A stretch of 64,000 bases of DNA, from positions 1,426,001-1,490,000 of the forward strand of contig BDGG01000008.1 in the NCBI GenBank assembly GCA_001949185.1, given 5' to 3'. Source of the DNA: Ramazzottius varieornatus (taxonomy: Eukaryota; Animalia; Tardigrada). Every line of letters starts with the position of its first letter. Positions within the stretch are counted from its first letter, which is position 1. Position numbers and translations under genes: made by a program. Of this stretch, positions 11,557-23,700 are shown one piece after another. A model generated the notes under the pieces. The model was not told where the DNA came from. It searched no databases and saw only the letters and a program-made list of their open reading frames with translations.

Positions 11557-14500
11557 ATGTGCAGGCATGGTCGTCTGCGGCCTTGCTCTTCCATGTCTCG
11601 TCATGATTTGCGCCCTCATCTTGAAATGCATGTTAGCCTGTTTCTTCTGATTATAGCGCTGCTACAATCCGAGGAACTACTGACACCTGTTTCGGCCCGG
11701 GACTCCAACCTGCAGTCGGCAGTTCCGCCGTTCCACTTTCCATTTTTTTCGTACGCTTATCGCAGGACGTCTGGTACTCCAACATCCACTCAGCAGAGTA
11801 CCCAAACTTCCACAACGACAACGACTACGACACCAACGATAACAACGATAACATCCACAACGACAAAGAGAGCAACTTGGGCAGAACCCAAATACTTTTT
11901 TTCGGACAAATTCGGAGTCAGAGTGTCCGTTCCTCAGCAGATCGCCGAAAGGCGACCACAAATTGAAAGCGCCCTCGCACAGCTCAGATATCAGACCAGT
12001 GTCAATGTAGGGACGGCTGGTAGCAGAAGGCCTACGAGCACCGTCAGCCCAAGTTCGGGGAGCAGAGGGCCCGAAACACTGCTAGTGTGTCTGTTCATTG
12101 AGAGGAACTTGTACGGCAATCTGTACTTCGACTATGACAAGTCCGCCGCTGCTATCGCCTTGGCGGTCGATTATGCCAACGACATTTTGCTTTCACCAGA
12201 CCTGCGGCTGACGACCATCTACCAGGATATTGGCTATTCTTGCGACAAACCTAATCATGCTGTTGCCCACTTGCTCAGAGTTTTGGAGAGCGGATATCAG
12301 TGTAATGTCATCATCGGACCAGGTACATTCCTCAACTCAATTTACCAAACCACAACCAGTTTTCTGTTGACTAAGAAAGTTGAAAAGAGATTTTGTAAAA
12401 AATCTTCAGTCACTTACAATTTCAAAAAATTTATTATTTGACAAATTTGGGAGGCGGGCAAACAATTCGAGGGGAAATCGCTACCGTTTCCATCGTTGTT
12501 GGCTGGGAACGTGCGCCACTTAGGATAACGAACTTGGTAATTGTTTGTTGGTTCCCATCTGTGTTGTTTCTGCGTTTTGCCGAAACAGGGTGCGGTTCCG
12601 CCGTGGAAAGCTTGATCGACGTCGCGTCCTTCTTCCACATACCACTTATTGGTTGTCCAGCTGCCGAAGTGGGCATGAATGCACCGATCGAGGACTACGA
12701 TGTGCTGAGCCGCATTTCCTTCACGCATATCAACCTCGCACAAACCATCTTGCTGTTCTTCCGCCGGCAAAACTACACCAACATAAACTTTGTCGTTGAC
12801 ATTTCTCACAGCTTCTACTCTGAACTGGGTTCCGTTATGGAGACCATGCGGCGGACCAGGGCTCTGGATACCTGGTCCAACTCAAGACGCGTACCATTTT
12901 CCCACAGCGATGTGACTCCGACATTTCTTCGGAAAGTTCTCTTAGACTCTGTCAGCTACACAAGAGGTAAGTGCTGTTTCGTTTTGGAAAATCATGCTCT
13001 GTGTGTTTTTTTTTATATTTAAGTTTTCCCCCAGTTATCTGTCTGCTGGCTGGCGGTACGATTGTGAAAGAGGTGATGATGATGGCGGAAGAACTGGGCA
13101 TGACCAACGGAAGCTATGTAAGTTAGACGATCGCAATCGAAGATTCAAAGAATACGAGTCGCTACGGTACTTATTACAGATTGCACCCCTATTCCACAGG
13201 CAATTTCGCTTCTTTTTTCCGTTTGCAGGTTTTTGTGGCGGTGGAGCTGTTTCATAATCCTCAGTCATGGGGAAGTTTCAAGGCCGAAGTGGACGATCCG
13301 AACTTTGAAGTCCAACGTAAAGCTTTCGGGTCGCTGGTTCTCTTCTCTCTTTCGTCATCTGCAGACACCTCAGAGTACGATCTCTTTTCCCGGACAGTCA
13401 AAGAACTCTCCTTCGAACTGTTCAACTACACGTATGGCGCGCAGGAAGAGGTACACACAAGCCATCGCATTGCATCCGATAATGAATTTGAAGACGACTG
13501 TACCCGTTTTGCAGGTGGACGTCCTGACTGGCCATTTCTTCGACGCTATCATCTTTTACGCATCAGTCGTTCGGGACCTCGCTGCTGCAAGGCGCAACTT
13601 GCACGATGTTGAAAGCTTTGTGAACAAGACCCTCAACTACACGTTTTACAGTCCTCTCAACGGGGCTGTCGTCACGGACGACAACGGGGATCGACAGTGC
13701 TCGTATGTCCTGCTAAACTACGATCCAGGTGTCGCAAAGTTCGAGGTCAGCCGTCTTATCATTGCGTTCAGCTCTCTTCTCAAAATTGAAATGACCAAAC
13801 ATTCAAGTGGGCTTCAACTTTGGTAGGAGTATCTGCAGTTCTCGTCGGCAGACAATCGCGTGGAGGTTCTGGGGAAGCTAGTGTGGCCGAGCGGCGACTC
13901 GCTACCACCAAACACGCCACTGTGCGGCTATCTGGGCGATGAACCTGTTTGTCACGAACGTCAGTTGTCAGCCGTCAAAACAATGTTTTTTTATTTGTAC
14001 TGAAGCTCTGAGAAATTTGCTCCTGTAGGTTCCGTGAGCCCGTTGCTGATAGCGGTAGCTGCGGTCATACCGCTGGTTGCCCTTGCTACGGCTGCCTTCT
14101 GGTCGCTGACTCGCCTGAAGTAAGTCTCTTGGCCGGCGTGATCTCCACGCAAGATGTATGCTTAGCTGCGTTTCGCAGATTTCGGCAATCCTCTGATCCA
14201 TTCTGGTGGAGAGCTTTCTTGTCCGAGATGACTATCGATTCAAAGCCGGCACAAAGTATTACTGGCTCGGGCTTTCCAGTTGCGGGAAAATCGGACATTA
14301 TGAAATCAGCGGTAACAAAGACCGTGGGAGCGGAACCACTTTTGCTTCCCATTGTCTTCCCAATGAGTTTTTCCTGTTGTAGACAACAGTCACCGCTTCG
14401 CAGTCTCCAGACAGCAATCAGTATAAAGACGGGGTACTGCAGGGGTTCCACAACGGCAACCCCGTCGAGTTGCATCCTCTGGACCAGCCGCTGTACCGAG

Positions 14501-17375
14501 CAGCCGTCACACTACGCCCCATTTTCCAACAGGTTAGGTCGGGCGTCCACACTTCTTTCGAACCCCGAAATGGGGCGGTAAAATAATTATTATGATAATT
14601 GAAAATACCTTTATTGGATGGTAGATCAGGCGTCTGCAGCATGAGAATGTCCTCAACTTCATCTGTGTCGCGGTGAACGACGAGCAACAGTGCGAGTTCG
14701 TTGTCTACGGGCTGGCCTTCAAGGGTAGCTTGATAAAACTTCTGCGGAGAACCCATTTCAACCTGGACTGGCATTTTAAGGCTTCGCTGATCAAGGACCT
14801 TGTCGGAGTAAGTGTCCGAATGGCTCATTACTCGAAAATCTGATGGAAAAACCGTATCTTTCGACTGTTTACTAGGGAATGACGTACCTTCATGGAATTA
14901 ATTCGTCTGGCCCGTCCCATGGTAATCTCAATGCCTACAACTGCCGCATCGACAGCAACTTCGTGCTGAAGATTTCGGACTTTGGGCTACATCCACTCCG
15001 CAATCAGGAAGATTTGGCGCCTCTGAGCGAATACGATGCGGAGGACCGGAATTACGAGTTGCTCCTGTGGAGAGCTCCGGAACTCCTTCGTCGTATCATG
15101 CCTGCAAACGGAACGCAGGTACCCCACCTCTTGATGCATTGTTTTCATCTTTAAAATTTGTTTCCGAGAGTTTCTTCTTTCAGAAAGGTAACGCTCCTTC
15201 ATCTCCCGTACATTGCGACTTATGCGAAATAACTGATGGAATATTCCGACGGACACTCTTAAGTTATACGGTGTCCCAACAGGGGATGTCTACAGCTTCG
15301 CCATAATTTTACAGCAGATCATACTTCGGAGTCCTCCGTTCCGAACGACATTCGTAAATCACCGGACCGTCGATGAGAACGTTTTGTCGGACAAAGAACT
15401 GGTCACAGAGGTACTGTAGCATGGTACTGCACCGCACGTTTTCCAAGTTACCGATAGCCTAAAGCTATCCATTTTCTGACCCCTGTCGCTTGGATTTTGC
15501 CAGATCAAAAAAGGAACAAACCCACCTTTAAGGTAAAAATGGTACATGAGAAAGTTTTACGATAATGGTCCTTTAACTCCTGTAACCGATCAATTCTACT
15601 GGAAATCAGCGAGAGTGGCTATATTTGTCAGATCACCCCACGACGAGTTTTTATCGCAACTGGATGGAAAGACTGGGTGGGAATAATTTTGATTTTAGGC
15701 CTCGTGTGCCAATGTCTTCGTGTCCTCCGGCCATACACGAAATCTTGGACAACTGTTGGGACGAAAACCCAAACCTGCGTCACTCCTTCACGAAGATTCG
15801 CGACCTGCTGACCAAAAATTTGGGAAGGATGGGAGACAACATCATTGACTATCTTATCGAAAGCATGGAAAAGCACGCGGCTGCCCTTGAGCTAGAGGCT
15901 GACAACAAAATGAAAATGCTGGAAGAGGAGAAGCAACGTTCAGATGACATACTCTCCCACATGCTACCCAAGTAAAGACTATATGGGAGCTCGGCTAACA
16001 AACTCGACCAGATCGTTTTCAGAAGTGGCGCAAACTTCACGACAAAATTACTGAAAATATGCGCCACTTGGGAAAAACGAACGGGTCGAGTTTGCTTCCC
16101 CTTTCCGCGTTCCCATCTGTATACATCAAACTCCCTAAACTAGCAACGGCGGGTTTTCTGCTTTATAAGTCGTTCGATTTGTTCTTGCACACAGGACTAT
16201 TGCTCACGCTCTGTCACATGGAATTCACCCTCCGCCGGAAGTGTTTGAGAGTACCACCGTTCAGTTCAGGTACGTGGGTCTTCTTTACTACGCCAACCTG
16301 GATAACTATCAGCCGCGACACAACTATGGGCCGCCTGTTTTTTGAACCAGCTAGAAGAGCGCCTGTTTCGGTTTCATCTAGGGCACCTTACAGGATCATA
16401 AACTATATGAATAATTTTCACTGGAGTCAACCGAGTCACTGATCGCCGAATAAGCGGGTGGCCCATAGTTAGCCAGCTCCTTTTACTCGATGGAAATATC
16501 CATCTCCTACTTTGCTGAGTAGGTCTTTGGTTCCTAGTGCCGTGGATGGTTTTTCCAAACTGGCTTCTGGAGCGAAGACTCCGCATAACATCATAAGGAT
16601 ACTAAATGCCCTATACACCACATGCGATTTCGCGATTGAGAACTACGACGTTTACAAAGTAGAGACCGTAAAAGATGCATACATGGTAAGTCGAACAGCC
16701 GACAAGTTCCTCGCCAGTTACCGCACACTGTTTCTAAATTTTGAGCCAGAATGGTTTTAACAGATTGTCAGCGGACTGCCGGTACGCAACGGTATAAGAC
16801 ACGCGGACAACATCGCAAGCCTGGCTTTTCACATGCGACGGAATGTTTCTCTCATGGAACTTCCGGTGGAGATTTTGACCGATGACTCGACCAAACTAAG
16901 GCTTCGTGTGGGGATTCATTCAGGTAAAACGGTTGGAAAGAGCACTGCTTGTCCAGGCTCTGCGTCTGAATCATAACATAGCGTTTATTTTTGTAGGACC
17001 TTGTGTGGCAGCGATCGTCGGGACAAGATTACCGAGATACTGCCTGTAGAATAACAAATCTGGGTCCTCATGAATCTTATCGATCCTAAACGTGGCCCTA
17101 TGTAGGTTCGGAGACACTGTAAACATGTCCAGCAGGATGGAATCACACGGAGAACCCGGAAAGATACAATGCAGTGACGCAACCAAGAACCTTCTGGACG
17201 TGATCGGTGGTTTCGTCTTTGTAGAACGAGGCCACGTGGAAATCAAGGTGGGTGCTGATAAATATATAAATATAGGACGTTCGCATAATGCGCTGAAAAT
17301 TGGTGTGACGGGATATTTTTTTGTCTGAAGGGCAAAGGGCCGATGAAGACCTTTTGGATCGTCGCGAAAGAATAA
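11557..17375 (+). CDS. Receptor-type guanylyl cyclase (natriuretic-peptide-receptor-like): signal peptide, Thr-rich segment, ANF-receptor ectodomain, TM helix, kinase-homology domain, cyclase domain
   Basis: Motifs VIIGPGC, DDNGDR, TM LLIAVAAVIPLVALATAAFW, HGNLNAYNCRIDSNFVLKISDFGL, LLWRAPELLR, EEEKQRSDDILSHMLP, VYKVETVKDAYM, RVGIHSG, PRYCLFGDTVNMSSRMES and KGKGPMKTFW. Stop TAA 17373-17375. The start may be ATG 11626. Confidence 0.92.
12447..12558. mobile_element. Family A copy 2 (left half eroded), in a guanylyl cyclase intron
   Basis: TGGGAGGCGGGCAAAC…GTTTCCATCGTTGTTGGCTGGGAAC-GTGCGCCACTTA(12511-12522)…TTCCCAT. Confidence 0.7.
15983..16116. mobile_element. Family A copy 3, in a guanylyl cyclase intron
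   Basis: ATGGGAGCTCGG…AAACTCGACCAGATCGTTTTC…GAAGTGGCGCAA(16022)-N25-ATGCGCCACTTG(16070)…GGGTCGAGTTT…TTCCCAT. Confidence 0.85.
16322..16470. mobile_element. ~150-bp element C with ~19-bp imperfect TIRs, in a guanylyl cyclase intron
   Basis: Left end AACTATGGGCCGCCTGTTT; reverse complement of right end AACTATGGGCCACCCGCTT. Confidence 0.5.
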
Positions 17376-17530
17376 TTCACTGTCCACACTATCAGATAAA
17401 CAAACCAAATATAGAAATTAGCAATCTAAGAAGTTCCTTTTTCTAGCGTCGAAGTTTTCTCGTTTTCCATCAAATCGACTGATTTCAAGAGTTCAATCGA
17501 TAGTTCAAAATATTCCGTTTCATGCTAGCA

Positions 17531-17644
17531 GTCGTGCTCGGCAAACAAAGTCAGCAATCTTGTGCTCTCAAGTGGCGCACGTTGTCAATGTTAAGAGGCA
17601 GAAGCGTGCGGCACTTGGGATCCGAGCCTTTGCTGAGGTCCCGC
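17531..17644. mobile_element. Family A copy 4, between the convergent cyclase and DUF4442 genes
   Basis: GCTCGGCAAAC…CAAGTGGCGCAC(17569)-N25-GTGCGGCACTTG(17617)…TTTGCTGAGGTCCC. Confidence 0.8.
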
Positions 17645-17798
17645 ACAAACGGAGGACAAAAAACAAGCTGAAAGCGCAAACACAGTGTTTCACTCTAGCA
17701 GCCAAAAGATAGCTTTCAGCCTGTTCGTGAGATTCGTACAACTTAGACGTAGGAAAGGTTTCCACGAAATAAGTTACAGTCGCTTCGGTAACTCGACA

Positions 17799-18492
17799 TC
17801 AATTGGTCGAGTTTTCTTGCGTCTGCTTCGCTTTGACCAAATCTTTCCTCCGGATTGAAATAGTCTTCTCGGTTTCTGCTATCAGCAGGCCAGATTCGTC
17901 GAGAATCTGTACGGAGAATGTTGGTTCTGTCCTTTCGCCCCTGTCAGCCATGTTGCGCACTTCGTCAATCTGCTCCTGCGTTAACCTAAACTGAGCTCGT
18001 AATGTGCCTCGACCCGGATTCTTGAACCGTATGGATCCAGCCTTGTCCCACACTATGTAGTCCTTCCCCAGGTTGTTCATGATCATGATCATGTACCAGG
18101 GATCAGTCATGGAAAACATGGATCCCCCATAACTACAACCAGTAAACGAAACTCGTGATTAGGCGAATGTGTGTGGGGTACTAAATCGCCATCTAAAGTA
18201 GCGCACGTTCTTGGTGTTATTGGCTGAGTAGTGCGCCACTTGAGATGTAACGTCACTGTACGTTTTGTTTGGCCGGCTCTCATATTATTTTCACGTATGG
18301 TTGATCCGATAGTACTCACTGCGTCCCGACGTAGTTCTTGTTCCAGAAATACATAGGCATCTCGATGTCGACGTTTCTCCAGTCAGGTGTCATTCTCGTC
18401 ATTTTGATCCCGGCGCCGAGGTAGGGTGGCCACAGTGGAAAGATCCTGGTCCAGAAGACAGGACTCTTCAACAAGGCCTTAGGGATCCCCAT
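17799..18492 (-). CDS. Bacterial-type DUF4442 / PaaI-like hot-dog-fold thioesterase, 168 aa, 2 exons (18492-18320 and 18132-17799)
   Basis: Spliced protein …LWPPYLGAGIKM…WNKNYVGTH|YGGSMFSMTDPWYMIMIMNNLGKDYIVWDKAGSIRFKNPGRGTLRAQFRLT…, the pattern of bacterial DUF4442 proteins. The GTGAGT…TTGTAG intron 18319-18133 restores the frame through the conserved NYVGTHxGGS motif. Confidence 0.85.
18155..18283. mobile_element. Family A copy 5, inside the DUF4442 intron
   Basis: AAAGTAGCGCAC(18195)-N24-GTGCGCCACTTG(18242)…TTGGCCGGCTCTCAT. Left terminus eroded. Confidence 0.75.
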
Positions 18493-19544
18493 ATTCCGTC
18501 TCTCGATGGCTTCGAGGTCTTGAACGATGAGGATTCGATCCCAGGCCAAGGGTAAGCCTGGACAGAATGCTACTCCGCAGCAGACTCTTGTCTGCAGTAA
18601 TCTTTTGCCCACGTAAACAAATCAACAATCAACGGACAGGAGGCTTCATGCGGAGGCGGAGCCAGACTGGGTCCCCGTTTGGGCGGTGCTCGTATCGCAG
18701 CGGAGTTTCTAATTTTCGCCTCGGTGCAAGGTCCTCAAGCAGTTCCTTAGTGTTGTTAGAAATGAAAACTGCATAAAATTATGGACTTCGAGATTTCTGA
18801 TATCTCGAAATGTTTGTCGCACCGCACATCACATAAAGACTCAAAATTACTAACTCAGTGTTGGAGAAAGTTTGTTAGCGTTGGGAAGTCGAAAGTTGAA
18901 ACTCAAGCACGTAAACTCGCTTTCTGCATAACTTTAAGACATATCCAAAATTAGAAAGCGGCGCGGCGAGGCGGAGGAGATTTTGTGTGCTGCAAATGCA
19001 TCATGCAGGTTGGTTGTTCGTGGCGGAAACCTTTCGTTCTTGCTCTTGGCCTCGGTGGGTCAGAGGACGAAGGTGTCGATCAGTCTTTTGGTCCTTCAGC
19101 CCATTTTGCTTGTACGCTCTTTAAAACGCACCTGCTACTAAACAAAACCCACGGAAACATAATCCGATCAAGGGTAGCCTCTAACCAGACCGAATATCCG
19201 GCCAGCAGGACGACAACAGTGGGAATTATAATCCATGGTACCAATTGCAGTAATAGTCCAGCTGCTAATTTGCAGTGAAACCTACGTCAGTCCTACACAG
19301 TGATTAGTGCAATCTTACCTGTGGAGTAACTGTTGCATTTCGAACCAAAATATCTGCAGGGTGGTTTGTTTGCAACGGGATGACCGCTAATCCAGTAAAT
19401 GGGAGAAAGGTCTACAAGTATACACGAGCCAGGCGAGAGCCGAAGAAACAGGCTGCGATATAGGAAGCTGGGCTAGGTCTGATTGTTTCAATACACTCCA
19501 GTATATATAGCTTCGCAAGCTAGGTCATATTGTACGAGTACAAT

Positions 19545-19670
19545 ATGGGACGCGGGCAGGTGAACTGAACCCGATCGCGACTCAAGTGGCGCACGTTTTC
19601 ACTGTTGTCGGCTGGGCGTGTGCGCCACTTGGAAAACAATCGGGTTCAACTCATTCGACCACGTTCCCTA
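19545..19670. mobile_element. Family A copy 6, upstream of the SLC15 gene
   Basis: ATGGGACGCGG…TGAACCCGAT…CAAGTGGCGCAC(19583)-N25-GTGCGCCACTTG(19631)…ATCGGGTTCA…CGTTCCC. Confidence 0.85.
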
Positions 19671-20738
19671 TGGTCCGTTATCAGACTGAAAGGTTTTTGT
19701 TCACGTACCTCCTCTTTCCCGTAAGTCTGTCAAGTTTTTTGATGTCCATTGCAATGCGTCAAACACCATGTCCGTCCAAACGCATAGTACATCAGCTTCC
19801 CTGGATCAGGATGTGGTTTCACACAGACTGTCTTGTTGCCCGGAAAACCATGTCTGTGAATACCATCGAAGTGGCGGATCCCGTTGCAGATTACCACCAC
19901 TGCTTCGCCATCTACAGGTGCAGGTCGAGACGCTAGCAGCGTCTTTCCACGTGATACTACGCACATTCGGTAACATGCGCCTCGAACCAGCCGCACACCT
20001 GGTTTGCACTCAGTGCACTGACGACCTCAGTTTTCCGAACAAACGATTGAACAAAACGTTCGGAAATTAGCTGACAGGGCGCCTAATGCCGCCCTGCAAT
20101 TCGTTTCCGCTATGGGAGGAGTAGTGTTCGCACATCTACATAACACCACATACTGTGTTACTTTGGCAAACACTTTTGTAACGATCTGTTGCGGAACTTC
20201 CAGAGAGTGTGTCCTGACACTGCCACACTGTGTTAGTCTGCCAGCTGACACCAACTATAAACAATAATCGTATGGTACTTGTTCATTTTTGAGAGAAAAC
20301 CTGCGACGACCACCTCGAGATTGGCGGAATTTTCCCTGCGGTCGCTGCCTGGCAGACGTACGCTGACGGATGTGTCGTGGCGGTTGTGAATGGCAAACTG
20401 ACAATTGATATGACATTGTGGGTCGAGGCAGTACCTCTTCAAGAGACGATCAACAACGTAAGTGTGTTTGTCATTATGGTGTCGCCGTCGTCTTCCTTGC
20501 CAGCGACCTACTCGTGCCAAGTAAAATTTACAGTCTTTAATCTAGAACTTGCGTCGTCTGCTCATTTCACAAGTTCAAGACCACCGATACTAACCAAACT
20601 TCCCTCAACTTCTCCATTTTGTCCGTTATTGTCTCCACAACGATGAAGAACCATCGTTCCGTAACACTGTGCATCGGAAATACGTAGTTTCCTACCGTGA
20701 TATTCATACCAGGGAACTTTGCATTGGTTTACATTATC

Positions 20739-23700
20739 ATGGAGAAACCGAACTCGAAATCAAAATTGGAGATTCCCGAAATGGAACCGGAAGTGGAAAG
20801 CGCGGCAAAGGTGAGTCCTTCACGTATTTCGTCAGGTAAACTGGGGACTCCAGCCATAATCATCCGAATCTTCCTTTGCAGCCGAAGCCTCGCTATCCAT
20901 GGTATATTATATTTATCATCGGGAATGAATTCTGTGAGCGGTTCTCGTATTACGGCATGAAAAGTAAGTTCATAGCTCATCGCAAAAACTGTGTCGTCGA
21001 TCATTCTTGACCGGTTTTTGACTCGTTTCTTTGTTCTTTAGCACTTCGTGATGATTAATTATGGTTTCTTTTCTCAGCGGTCCTCACCCTGTACTTCAGT
21101 AAGATGCTCTTATGGTCTGAAGATACCACCACCTTCTTCTACCATTTCTTCACAATGCTGTGCTATTTCTTTCCGATATTTGGGGCGTGGATTGCCGATG
21201 GCATGATCGGAAAATTCAAGTTCGTCTTGTTGATGTAAGATTTTATCAGGTTTTGAATTTACGGAGCGATTCTTCCACAGGACTATACTCTACCTATCGT
21301 TGGTCTACATCGTTGGCTTGGTCGTTCTGACGTTATCGGCCATTCCACCGCTGCACTTTCATGCCGTGTAAGAGCCCACACCCACCCAGTTTTTGAAGAA
21401 AACGACTTCGAACTTACGACCAATTATCAGGTTGTGATGGCCCTTTAGTGCAGGGACTTTGAGCGGGTTATTGCTCATCGCTATCGGAACCGGCGGAATC
21501 AAGCCATGTGTTGCTGCATATGGCGCGGACCAGTTCAAACCGGGCCAGGTAACCGAAAGTGGCGCACTGGCAGTGTACTGTGTTGGTGAAGTCTTTGCGG
21601 AAGTCACTTCTTTTTCCACCACAAACCGCTACTGGTTGTTTGTCATTTTTGGGTGTTCTGCTAACATCATCATTTTTTATTTGACATTGTTGTAATTCTA
21701 TACGACACTGATGAATGTACGTTATGCAATATTTGTCCGTAAATCACATATTTTGATTTTGTTTTCAGGAAGTTCAAAGGGAGACATTCTTCTCCTACTT
21801 TTATTTTGCCATCAACGCTGGCAGTCTCATATCAACATTCGCCACGCCAATACTTCGCAGTACGGAAGTCTAAAACTGATTTTTGTCACTTGTATTCCTT
21901 CTTTTTACTATCACCGTTTTAGGCGACGTTCAGTGTTTCGGAAGCAAATCATGCTACTCGTTGGCGTTCGGAGTCCCTGCTATTCTCATGGCAGTGGCTT
22001 TAGGTAAACCATACGTAACGAAACACATCCATATGTACGAGTACATTTCTCTCTCACTTCCGTGTTATTGTGCGCTGATCATGTAAGCGTAATTGAACTT
22101 TCTAATTTTTACAGTACTGTTCCTCATTGGAAAGCCGTTCTATGAAGACCACCTTCCTACAGGCAGTTTGATCAGCCGTGTATTTCTCTGCATAAGTGTA
22201 AGTACGACCGTCCGAGTGCGCGGTGTCGGCTCTTGAATGACGACTGCCAGCGACCTGCAGGCATTTCTTGCACGTGAGAACAAGAATCCGGATCAAGTAA
22301 AGTGTCTTGACATGGATGTTGTTTCTGTAGCACGCCATTGCAAACAATTGCCGAGGTCGGGGCAAGCCGCGACTGCGAGATGTATACAAGAAGTCGGACA
22401 GTTATGAGGTACGACGGTCAAAAACATTGGTGTGAAGTACCTGCGTACACTTCCCGCAAACTTTCTTCGAATTTTGCCAACACAGGTGGCGACACAAGGC
22501 AAGATGGGAAACTTCCTGACCAGATTTCAGAATCCTTTCCGTCGAAGAACGCCTAACATTTATAAACCTCACTGGCTGGACAGCGCTGCGGACAAATACG
22601 ATGTTTGTTTTTTTTCCTGTAAACTTGTCGCCGCCACTAAAAACTGCCCCGCGTACATGGACCTCCAAATTGTCACAAACTCAAGATATGTTTCAGATAG
22701 CTTTCATCAACGATGTGAAGCAGTTACTGCGGGTGTTGGTTATGTTCCTGCCCATACCAATGTTTTGGGCCCTCTTCGACCAACAGGTACCGTATAGTAC
22801 ACCCCTTTTATCACCTGGTAGTGGGTGGTGGTGATGAGATGAAACATTGGTTGTCAATAGGGTTCGAGATGGACGCTACAGGCAAACAAGATGGACGGTC
22901 GCGTGACAGGTAACTTGATCTACGAAAAAACGAACTTCGCTGAGTTTTGAAGATGTTTGGCAATACCGTCATGGGCGACACTGTCAACGTTCTAGCGAAA
23001 TACCTATCAACAGATGCCACTCAATTGGTATTGTCCTTTCAGACACGTACTTTTTCCAGCCTGATCAAGTGCAGATTTTCAATCCGGTACTCATTCTTAT
23101 CCTTATTCCGTTCTTCGAATGGGTATTCTACCCCCTTCTCGGCAAGATGAAAATTCCATTCCGGTACGAACACGCCCAAGGCCCTCCCCCCATAGCTAAC
23201 CATACTTGCCTTCAAACTCTATCTACTTTGCAGACTACTTGCTCGCATGGTGGTGGGTATGATTTTGGCGGGAGCTGCTTTCGTCATTGCTGGGTTCGTG
23301 CAAATTGCCTTGGATGTAAGTGTGCAGCAGGAGATCGTTCTGTTTTAGTGGGCAATCCCTTCTTGGGAGTGCATTTCAATCTCTGACTGCCGCTGCCTTT
23401 GTAGAAAACCCTTCCTGGCGTGGTCCCCATCGGACGCGCAGAAATCCGCATCTTCAACACCAATCCATGCACACTGCACTTGTCGGGACAATTGGCGTCT
23501 GCCTTGAACGAATCGAACGCTTACCTCCTGGCCCCCTTTGAAGTATGTACTTGGGAAATCGAAAACCTGAACTTTTGCTTAAACTTGTGTTTTCTCTGGC
23601 TAGATGAAAATGCTGCCCGATGTGGTCGTTTCGGGTCAGGTATTGCAGACTCTGACAGTGCGGAACGTCAACTGTACGAGCCCGTTCCCGTTGACGGATG

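Noticed and set aside
21556-21610. Possible 12th family-A copy (AAAGTGGCGCAC) in an SLC15 intron
   Set aside because: Only the left core arm is clear; the right arm, spacer length and outer arms do not fit. Similar faint remnants near 15430 and 29780-29845 were also not counted.
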